From a candidate division WOR-3 bacterium (GTDB lineage Bacteria > Hydrothermota > 32-111): 64,000 nt of DNA. The notes beneath the pieces were generated by a model, which was not told the DNA's origin, did no database searches, and was given only the letters and a program-made list of their open reading frames with translations. The DNA is taken from NCBI GenBank assembly GCA_039804105.1, contig JBDRZU010000001.1, positions 544,001 through 608,000 on the forward strand, written 5' to 3'. Positions 1 to 13,487 of the stretch are shown here, piece after piece (positions within the stretch are counted from its first letter, which is position 1; the number at the start of each line of letters is the position of its first letter). The translations under genes were made by a program, and so were the position numbers.

Positions 1-1
1 T

Positions 2-721
2 TTTGAATACGAAAAGGAAAGTGAGGATTTTTCAAACATAGCCGTACTCATAATGGCTGGTGGTAAAGGGAAAAGGTTGCGTCCATTAACTGAAAAAAAG
101 CCAAAACCACTCCTTGAGATCGGAAATACAAGTTTAATTGAAAACATTATAGATAAGTTCATACTCGATGGTTTCAAAAATATTTATGTCTCTTTAAATT
201 ACAAAAAAGAAATGATAGAAAAAAAACTTATTTCAAAATATCCTGATATTTTTGATCGAGCATCCTTTATAAAAGAGAAAAAGCCGCTTGGAACAGCAGG
301 TGCTCTATTCTACATGAGAAATCTAAAAGAGGACACAGTAATCGTTCACAATGCCGATATCATAAGTGATATCGATTTTTCTTCAATAATCAAATACCAT
401 AAAAAGAATAAGAATGATATCACATCTGTAGTTATCCCACAACATATAGAAATCGAATATGGAATAGTATCCGTAAATAGAAAAAAGATTTTGAATATCG
501 TAGAAAAACCTGTTTTAAATTTTTTGATACTTTCCGGAATCAACATTTTTCAAAAAAATATTTTAAAAAATTTAAAAGATGATTTTATCAATATGGATGA
601 ACTATTAAACAAAAAAATAGTTGAAAAGAAAAAAGTGGGTTATTTTTTACATAATGGATTCTGGTATGATGTTGGAAACAGAGAATCATATGAAAAAATT
701 AGCAGAGTTTTTGGAGGATAG
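2..721 (+). CDS. Sugar-phosphate nucleotidyltransferase (5'-partial, PtmE-like)
   Basis: Frame is open from the window edge (FEYEKESEDFSNIAVLIMAGGKGKRLRP). Motifs AGGxGxRLxP, PKPLL, PLGTAG, EKP and WYDVG. Confidence 0.85.
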   Translation, partial: FEYEKESEDFSNIAVLIMAGGKGKRLRPLTEKKPKPLLEIGNTSLIENIIDKFILDGFKNIYVSLNYKKEMIEKKLISKYPDIFDRASFIKEKKPLGTAGALFYMRNLKEDTVIVHNADIISDIDFSSIIKYHKKNKNDITSVVIPQHIEIEYGIVSVNRKKILNIVEKPVLNFLILSGINIFQKNILKNLKDDFINMDELLNKKIVEKKKVGYFLHNGFWYDVGNRESYEKISRVFGG

Positions 722-1690
722 ATGAAAAAAATCTTTATAACGGGGAGTTGTGGTTTCATCGGGAGTCATCTTGTAGAAAAATTATCACAAGATTTTAAAG
801 TAAAGGCACTCGTTTACTATAACAGTTTCAACGATATTGGCAATTTAAAATTTTTAAAAAGTTTCAAAAACATTGAGATTGAAAAAGGTGATATCAGAGA
901 TTATTCTCTCCTTTACGATTTAACAAAAGATGTTGATTGTATCATAAACCTTGCAGCGTTGATAACGATACCCTACTCTTTCAAAGCTGTTGATTCATAT
1001 ATCGATACCAACATAAAAGGTGTAAAAAATATACTTGAGATTTCAAAAACAAGAAAGATAAAGCACACAATAATAATGTCAACTTCCGAAGTTTATGGTA
1101 GTGCACAATATATTCCAATGGATGAAAAACATCCTTTAAACGCACAGTCACCTTATGCTGCAACAAAGATTGCTCAGGATCAATTAGCGATCTCATACCA
1201 CAGGGCTTTTGATCTGCCTGTAACGATCCTAAGACCATTCAATGTTTACGGGCCAAGACAATCTCTAAGATCTGTTATACCACAGATAATAATGCAATCG
1301 ATAAAATCGAATAAAATTAGAATTGGAAATCTCCATACAGAAAGAGATTTTACCTTCATAGATGACTTAACAGATGCTTTTAGAAAAATTGTTTACAATG
1401 AGAAAACCTATGGAAAAACTTTTAACATCTGTTCAGGTAAATCTTTTTCGATAAAACAAATAATAAAAACCATCGAAAGGATTTCCCAAAAAAATCTTGA
1501 AGTTGTTGTTGAAAATAAAAGGATCAGAAAATCTTCCTGTGAGGTTGAAAAACTTCTCGGGGATAACAGTTTTGCAAAAAAACTTATTGGATATGAACCA
1601 AAAACTTCGTTTGAGGAAGGAATTGAAAAAACATATATATGGTTTTTTCAGAATTCAAAGGATTTAGAAAAAATAGAATATGAAATATAA
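722..1690 (+). CDS. NAD-dependent nucleotide-sugar 4,6-dehydratase/epimerase (LegB-like extended SDR)
   Basis: TGxxGFIG, LAALIxIPYS, STSEVYG, YAATK and RPFNxYGPRQ motifs; abuts the nucleotidyltransferase. Confidence 0.85.
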   Translation: MKKIFITGSCGFIGSHLVEKLSQDFKVKALVYYNSFNDIGNLKFLKSFKNIEIEKGDIRDYSLLYDLTKDVDCIINLAALITIPYSFKAVDSYIDTNIKGVKNILEISKTRKIKHTIIMSTSEVYGSAQYIPMDEKHPLNAQSPYAATKIAQDQLAISYHRAFDLPVTILRPFNVYGPRQSLRSVIPQIIMQSIKSNKIRIGNLHTERDFTFIDDLTDAFRKIVYNEKTYGKTFNICSGKSFSIKQIIKTIERISQKNLEVVVENKRIRKSSCEVEKLLGDNSFAKKLIGYEPKTSFEEGIEKTYIWFFQNSKDLEKIEYEI

Positions 1691-1718
1691 GTAAGTGAGG
1701 GAATCCTCACTTACTTAT
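1687..1718. terminator. Hairpin between convergent genes, probable bidirectional terminator
   Basis: Perfect 14-bp inverted repeat ATAAGTAAGTGAGG-gaat-CCTCACTTACTTAT containing both stop codons. Confidence 0.7.
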
Positions 1719-2160
1719 CAGAGATTTCAATATTTTTAACTTTTTCCTTTTCAACTTTTGGTAAAGTTATATTCAAAAGTCCATCTTTGAATGTTGCTTT
1801 AATATTCTCCTCATCAACTTTTTTCGGTAATGTCACAGATCTGTAGAATTTACCATACGATCTTTCAATTCTGTGGAAGGTTCTGCCCTTCTCCTCTTTT
1901 TCACTCTTTCTTTCCCCTTCTATGGTTAAAACATTGTTGTCTATCGAAAGGTTTATATCTTCTTTCTTCATCCCTGGAAGTTCAACTGTTACAAGAAATT
2001 CTTTGTCAGTTTCAGAAATGTCCATAGAAGGAGTCCAGTTTGATTCATAGTATGGTTGTAACATTTTCCCAAAAAATCTGTCATCGAAAAGTGAATCGAT
2101 TTCTTTTCTTAAATCAAACAGTTCTGAGAAAGGTGAAAATTTCTGAAGTTCCTTTTTCAT
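1711..2160 (-). CDS. Hsp20/alpha-crystallin small heat shock protein
   Basis: P-x-DI-x-ET, ELPG, ERSYGKF and GLLxITLPK motifs. AAGGAGGTG RBS supports ATG 2160 rather than GTG 2169. Confidence 0.92.
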   Translation of the reverse strand: MKKELQKFSPFSELFDLRKEIDSLFDDRFFGKMLQPYYESNWTPSMDISETDKEFLVTVELPGMKKEDINLSIDNNVLTIEGERKSEKEEKGRTFHRIERSYGKFYRSVTLPKKVDEENIKATFKDGLLNITLPKVEKEKVKNIEISDK

Positions 2161-2245
2161 AACTCTCACCTCCTTCTAAGTTTATTTTTTTTTCTGGTCA
2201 ACTATAATTTAATTTTCAAACTTTCTTTGTCAAGACCTTAAAATA

Positions 2246-2273
2246 AAAAAGGGTGGCAAAAGCCACCCTTTTT
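2246..2273 (-). terminator. Rho-independent terminator downstream of gdh copy 1
   Basis: AAAAAGGGTGGC-aaaa-GCCACCCTTTTT. Confidence 0.85.
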
Positions 2274-2297
2274 AAAATAGTATTTTAAAATTTAAAC

Positions 2298-3656
<1,359 letters not shown>

Positions 3657-3678
3657 TTAAATTTGTAAAAACAGCCGT

Positions 3679-3706
3679 ATTTTACACCATTAAAATTAAA
3701 AGTCAA
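3679..3706 (-). promoter_or_regulatory. Sigma70-type promoter for gdh copy 1
   Basis: TTGACT-N16-TAAAAT on the minus strand. Confidence 0.6.
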
Positions 3707-3736
3707 GAGTTCAAAAATTTTAATATTTATTTATTA

Positions 3737-5143
<1,407 letters not shown>

Positions 5144-5167
5144 AAATTTATTTTTTAATCGTTTTGG

Positions 5168-5203
5168 AAAAGGGGGAGAGTTAAAAACTCTCCCCTCTTT
5201 TTT
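5168..5203. terminator. Bidirectional terminator between gdh copy 2 and the pseudo-GDH operon
   Basis: AAAAG-GGGGAGAGTT-aaa-AACTCTCCCC-TCTTTTTT. Confidence 0.8.
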
Positions 5204-5221
5204 GAGGTATATGAGCGTTTT

Positions 5222-6436
5222 TTAGAGATTTTCAATAATATTTTTTAAAGAGGTTTTAACAATCTTTGATTTTATATTTTCCCCATCGAGAGTATAGATC
5301 TGATCCATTTTTTGATAGATCTCTTTCTGTATTATCGTTTCAACTTTTTTGGGTATCCTGTTTTTCCTTAACTCATCATAAAGGAGTATCTCTCCAGAAC
5401 ATGTGAATTCACATGGCAAAAGTTCAATACCTTTATTTTTTAAAATCATAAAATCTTCATCTGTAAATATCATCCTTCGACCTTCAACTACAAGTAATGT
5501 GTTCAGATTTGTTAAAAAGTCTTTTTTGAAAATATCTATATAAAAAATGGTAATATCCGATTTGATATTTTCAAAAGTGTAAAGATCTATTTTTTTGTAT
5601 CTTGTTTCATTTCTGTCCGAGAAATTTGAAAGATAATTTTTATAAAAATCATCGATTTCAATTCCATAAGGATCATAGAAAGAACCCTGATGTGTCAGAA
5701 TTCCAACGATGTTAAAACCTTCCTTTCTCAACATTTTTGAAATATAGTACGGTTTTTCTCCAAATCCATAAACAACAACAGATAGTTCATCGACATTTTT
5801 TCTTTTGAGTTCACAGAATTTTTTTATCGAATAATAAGTGGAAAGTTCATTTATCCTTTCAACATCTATCTCTTTTTTTATATCACTGTATTGGTCAACA
5901 AAACTTATCATTCTTTTTCTATCCTTTTCTTCATAATGAAAAGATTCACAGAAAATTTTTAAGTCGTTTAAATTTGAATTCAGATCTGAAGAGAAAAAAT
6001 TATTTTTCTCAAGAATTTCATTTTTTAAAAGTGATGAAAACATTTTAAAAAGTTCTTCCTTCTCTTCAATCGATAAATCGAAAGGATCAACAAGAATAGA
6101 AGAGAAACTTCCATTTACTGGTATTTCGAAAAGGGAGAACATTATCGTATTTAAAAGTGAAAATCTCCTAAAATAATCTATATCAAAATAAGGATGAATC
6201 CTTAGATTAGAAAATGTATCGTTATGCATCAAAAAATTATCCACTTTAACACCGGTTATATTTTTAAAATCACCACCTGCACTTTTTAAAGGTATATTCA
6301 CATATATCTCTTTATAATTCAAAAGATTTAACAAATATTCTTTTTCCTTTTCATTCAAATCGTCCAGAGAGGATTCAAGGATGTTTAAACTTTCCGTTTT
6401 TACTTTTATAACTTTTTCTTCAACCATACTTTTCAC
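5222..6436 (-). CDS. Degenerate Glu/Leu/Phe/Val dehydrogenase-fold protein (pseudo-GDH B)
   Basis: Colinear GDH remnants: IYVNIPLK...ITGVKV, LRIHP, EIPVNGSFSSILVDP, VVVYGFG, GSFYDPYGIEI, VVEG. The catalytic Lys motif is absent. GTG start overlaps the upstream TGA. Confidence 0.75.
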   Translation of the reverse strand: MKSMVEEKVIKVKTESLNILESSLDDLNEKEKEYLLNLLNYKEIYVNIPLKSAGGDFKNITGVKVDNFLMHNDTFSNLRIHPYFDIDYFRRFSLLNTIMFSLFEIPVNGSFSSILVDPFDLSIEEKEELFKMFSSLLKNEILEKNNFFSSDLNSNLNDLKIFCESFHYEEKDRKRMISFVDQYSDIKKEIDVERINELSTYYSIKKFCELKRKNVDELSVVVYGFGEKPYYISKMLRKEGFNIVGILTHQGSFYDPYGIEIDDFYKNYLSNFSDRNETRYKKIDLYTFENIKSDITIFYIDIFKKDFLTNLNTLLVVEGRRMIFTDEDFMILKNKGIELLPCEFTCSGEILLYDELRKNRIPKKVETIIQKEIYQKMDQIYTLDGENIKSKIVKTSLKNIIENL

Positions 6437-7662
6437 CCATAAACGAGAGAAAACTTTTTTCTGTAATTTTCGAACGCTCTTGACAAAAATATTTCAAACA
6501 CTTTTTGCTCATCTTCAAGAAAAGAATCAAAATAAGACAAAACAAATTTAATATATGTTTCAAATCTTAATTCTATTTCATCAATACTCATCATCTCTTC
6601 CCTCTTTCTTTCAATTATCTCAAAATAATCAAAAATCTGATCAACAGAATCAAGAAGTAATGATGGTAAATAGATTATCTTTCTGTTAGTTAAATCTTTA
6701 ATACTCTGAAAAGATGTTGATAGATCCTCGAATTCGCCAAACAGACGACAGTTCACAAGTTTAGACATCGTTTCATTGAAATTATACTTTGTCCCAAATT
6801 CCAAAAATAGTTCGGTTTCCTTTTTTAATAGGTCGGTATAATCAATACAGTTTTGAGTTTCCTCTCTGTTTTCTATTATGTTTATATCGTTCCAGCAGAT
6901 CCCTTTCGAAGAATAATATGAGTAATCTTTCGAACCTATTCCAACAACAACAAAAAATTCATCTTTTACTATTTCCTTTAAAAAATCAAGTGATCTTTTA
7001 TTTATCGTATCGATGATAACTCTTACCCTGTTTCCTTTAAAAAAATATTTAACCAAACTTTTTAACCATAAAAGATCATATTTCTCTTTAACAATTTTTT
7101 TTCTTAATGGGTTTTTTAAAAGGAATTTAAATCTTTTTGATATTCTTGGCCTATCAAGGTTTTCGATCAGTTTTATTATCGAATCTTTTCGTTCCTCTTC
7201 ATAGTCATTGATTTTTAGATAATTCTGTTCATCAAGTATCTCTGAAAAATTTTTAACAAGAAGTGTTCCCAACTTTTTCTTTACCTTTTCATCCTGAAAA
7301 TTCACATTTTCATTTAGAATCAACCCAAGTGTAGAACCACCAAAAGGAATATCAAGAAATGAATATTTTAAAGAAGAGTAAAAAGATTTTAAAAATAGAT
7401 TCTCAAAATCTTCCTCTTTCTCAAAAAAAAGTGAAGTTACATCGGTTTCATTTAAAAAGTTGTGTTTTATAAAAATTGATTTCAAAGTTAAGCGTTCTTT
7501 GTCCTTCAAAAGATGTTCGGAATTTCTAACAACCTTCGATGGTCTGATAAGGATAGCGCGCATATCCTTATCAAAAGTTGTTTTCTCAATAAGTTCTCTG
7601 AATCCCCTGACTCTTAAAAGATCTTCATCTTTAAGGTAAGAAGAATAGTTTAAAATATCCAT
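6433..7662 (-). CDS. Degenerate Glu/Leu/Phe/Val dehydrogenase-fold protein (pseudo-GDH A)
   Basis: ILIRPSKVV, IKHN, LKYSFLDIPFGGSTLG (compare KCAVVDLPFGGAKGG), VVVGIG..YYSSKGI and IIYLP; GDH-like length of 409 aa. Confidence 0.65.
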   Translation of the reverse strand: MDILNYSSYLKDEDLLRVRGFRELIEKTTFDKDMRAILIRPSKVVRNSEHLLKDKERLTLKSIFIKHNFLNETDVTSLFFEKEEDFENLFLKSFYSSLKYSFLDIPFGGSTLGLILNENVNFQDEKVKKKLGTLLVKNFSEILDEQNYLKINDYEEERKDSIIKLIENLDRPRISKRFKFLLKNPLRKKIVKEKYDLLWLKSLVKYFFKGNRVRVIIDTINKRSLDFLKEIVKDEFFVVVGIGSKDYSYYSSKGICWNDINIIENREETQNCIDYTDLLKKETELFLEFGTKYNFNETMSKLVNCRLFGEFEDLSTSFQSIKDLTNRKIIYLPSLLLDSVDQIFDYFEIIERKREEMMSIDEIELRFETYIKFVLSYFDSFLEDEQKVFEIFLSRAFENYRKKFSLVYG

Positions 7663-7668
7663 AGAATC

Positions 7669-7986
7669 TTATCTGTATTCTTCACAATGCCATACACCAC
7701 TTTCAGGTTTTTCAAATTTGCAATCGATTTTGTTTTCACAGTTTGCACACAGACCTATTTTCAGATCATATCCTTTTACTTTTGAAACAAAATTTTCTTT
7801 TAAGTCACCCTTTGTTTTTTCAACTGTTGTTTCCACGTTTTCAAACTCTTCACAACTGATTATTGATTTCGTCGAGTTCTGAAGAAAGATACATGATTTG
7901 CTATTTTTACATGTTACACAGAGTCCTTCAAAATCTTTCAAACCTGTTTCCTTCTTTTCTTCGATTCTTTCTTTTATCGTCATCAT
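7669..7986 (-). CDS. Small Cys-rich protein with two GLC-x2-C-x5-C-x12-CEE[FY] repeats
   Basis: GLCVTCKNSKSC...SCEEF and GLCANCENKIDC...HCEEY; AAGGAGG RBS. Confidence 0.85.
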   Translation of the reverse strand: MMTIKERIEEKKETGLKDFEGLCVTCKNSKSCIFLQNSTKSIISCEEFENVETTVEKTKGDLKENFVSKVKGYDLKIGLCANCENKIDCKFEKPESGVWHCEEYR

Positions 7987-8017
7987 AAGACCTCCTTTTC
8001 TTTTTTACAATTTATAG

Positions 8018-8034
8018 AGCAATAAGTATGCCAA
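8018..8034 (-). promoter_or_regulatory. Sigma-54 (-24/-12) promoter
   Basis: TTGGCATACTTATTGCT with exact GG-N10-GC spacing, directly downstream of an enhancer-binding protein gene. Confidence 0.85.
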
Positions 8035-8138
8035 AAATCAAAAAAACAAATAAGTTATTATTTGAAGGTATGTTATTTCTTTTGAAAAGAAAATTTTAAT
8101 TTAAATTCAGTGGGGATTTTCTCCTCAATGGGGAGATT

Positions 8139-9490
8139 TTACTCTTCTTCGATCTCGATCTGGCATTTTTTCAACTTCTCTCTCAGTGTTTTTCTATCGA
8201 TTCCAAGAATTTCGCTCGTTTTTGTTTTATTCCTTCCCTGACTCTCATAAACATCTCTTATGTATTCACATTCGACCTCTGAAAGTTTTCTTGTTAGGTC
8301 TGTTTTATAGGGTAAATTGAATCTCATCAAAGATGGGAGATCTGGGACATCTATAATGTTGTCCTCTTTCATTATAATCAATCTTTGTATTACATTTTCA
8401 AGTTCTCTTACATTACCTGGCCAGAAATACTCACTTAAACTTTTAACAGCATTTTCTGTGAAAATGGGCTTTTCCTTTCCAAGTTCTTTACTATATTTTG
8501 TTGCAAAATGTTCAAGAAGCAATGGGATATCTTCCCTTCTCTCTCTTAATGGAGGTATTTCAATGTTGATAACATTTAACCTGAAATAAAGATCCTCTCT
8601 AAAAATTCCTTTTTTAACAAGTTCTTCAAGGTTTTTGTTCGTAGCACAGATAACTCTCACATCTATTTTTTGAGGTTTTCTTGATCCGATCATGTAAACG
8701 GTTTTATCCTGAAGAACTCTTAAAAGTTTTACTTGCATCGATAAACTCGTTTCTCCGATTTCATCAAGGAATATGGTTCCACCATCTGCTGTCTGGAAGA
8801 AACCTGCTCTTGTTTCGTTTGCACCAGTAAAAGATCCCTTCACATAACCAAAAAGTTCACTTTCAAGCAATTCTTCGGGTATACCTCCACAGTTAACCGG
8901 AACAAAACTCTGGCTCGCTCTTGGTGATGAATAGTGTATCGCTCTTGCAACCATCTCTTTGCCTGTACCACTCTCACCTGTTATCAAAACCGTTGCTGAT
9001 GTTTGTGATGCTTTATTGATAAGTTCAAAAACTTTTTTCATTTTATCACTGTTACCTAAAATTCCATGGTAAACAGGTAAATTAGTTTTATCTTCTTTGT
9101 TTAACACATTTTTAATTTTGAGTTTAAAAAGGACTTTCTCTACTGTTGCAAACAGTTCATCATCTGTGAAAGGTTTTGGTAAAAACTCACTCACACCTGT
9201 CTTTACAGCATCAACCGCACTTTCGATCGATGGATAACCTGTGATCATAATAATCTCAACATTTTTATAATTCTCTTTTATGTATCTTGTAAAAGCAATT
9301 CCATCAATATCAGGCATTCTTAGATCTGTTATCACAAGATCTATATCATTGTTTTTCAAAATTTCAGATCCTTTTATCGGTGAGGTTGCTGTAAAAGTTA
9401 TATATCCTGCCTGTTGAAGGTTTCTACTCACAAGTTCGATGCTATCCTTAACATCATCAACAATCAGAATCTTATATTTTTTCTCTTCCA

Positions 9491-9494
<4 letters not shown>
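8139..9494 (-). CDS. Sigma-54-dependent NtrC-family response regulator
   Basis: Receiver (ITDLRMP), Walker A GESGTGKE, ESELFG, GSFTGA loop, FLDEIGE, WPGNVREL and Fis-type HTH. Confidence 0.95.
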
Positions 9495-12603
<3,109 letters not shown>

Positions 12604-13431
12604 TCACCTCTCGTTAATATATTTTTCATATGAGAGTTTTTCTTCATCTTTATACATCGACAACCTTTTCATCAAAAGTGAAAAATCAACCTGATGAGCA
12701 TCAAACTCTGGACCATCAACACATGCGAATTTCGTCTTCCCACCAACCTCAACTCTACACGCACCACACATTCCTGTTCCATCAACCATTATAGAGTTAA
12801 GTGATGCTATAGTTTTTATTCCATACTCTTTTGTGATATCTGAAACAACCTTCATCATAACCGCAGGACCTATCACTAAAACTTCATCGATCTTTCTTCC
12901 CTCTTTTAGAAGTTCTTTCAACTTATCCGACACAAAACCTTTCTGTCCATATGAACCATCATCAGTTGTGATGTAAAGTTCATCACATATATTTTTCATC
13001 TCATCTTCAAGTATTTTGAACGAAACATTTCGAAAACCCATAATTCCTATAACATAATTTCCTGCTTCTTTGTACGCTTTCGTTTCAGGATAAGTTATTG
13101 CACAACCAACACCACCACCTATTGTAACAACAGTTCCAACCTTTTCTATATGTGCGGGTTTGCCAAGTGGTCCTGCAACATCAAGAATATAATCATTCTC
13201 TTTTAAACTTCCAATTTTTGCTGTTGATTTTCCAACTTCCTGTATAAATAGGGTAATACTCCCCAATTCTGGGTCTTTATCGCATATTGTTATGGGGATT
13301 CTTTCTCCATTTTCATAAGATCTCAGAATAACGAATTGTCCTGGCTTTGCTTCTCTTGCGATTAGCGGGGCTTTTATCACCAGTTTGTGGATATTTTGAC
13401 CGATTTTTTGATGTTCCAATATCTGATACAT
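12604..13431 (-). CDS. nfnA: Electron-bifurcating transhydrogenase small subunit NfnA (PyrK/SudB-like)
   Basis: PGQFVI, ERIPITI and the DGTGMCGACRV...CVDGPEF [2Fe-2S] motif with Asp ligand. Confidence 0.88.
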   Translation of the reverse strand: MYQILEHQKIGQNIHKLVIKAPLIAREAKPGQFVILRSYENGERIPITICDKDPELGSITLFIQEVGKSTAKIGSLKENDYILDVAGPLGKPAHIEKVGTVVTIGGGVGCAITYPETKAYKEAGNYVIGIMGFRNVSFKILEDEMKNICDELYITTDDGSYGQKGFVSDKLKELLKEGRKIDEVLVIGPAVMMKVVSDITKEYGIKTIASLNSIMVDGTGMCGACRVEVGGKTKFACVDGPEFDAHQVDFSLLMKRLSMYKDEEKLSYEKYINER

Positions 13432-13487
13432 AATTCCTCCTTATTATAAAAATTAAAACATACGGGGAATTTTTGTCAAGAAAAAAT

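Noticed and set aside
2161..2245. CIRCE, CtsR or HAIR operator upstream of hsp20
   Set aside because: No match beyond a single GGTCAA half-site.
5222..7662. Decayed gdh pseudogenes
   Set aside because: Both frames are full length, coupled and behind a clear promoter despite extreme divergence, which argues for selection on the proteins.
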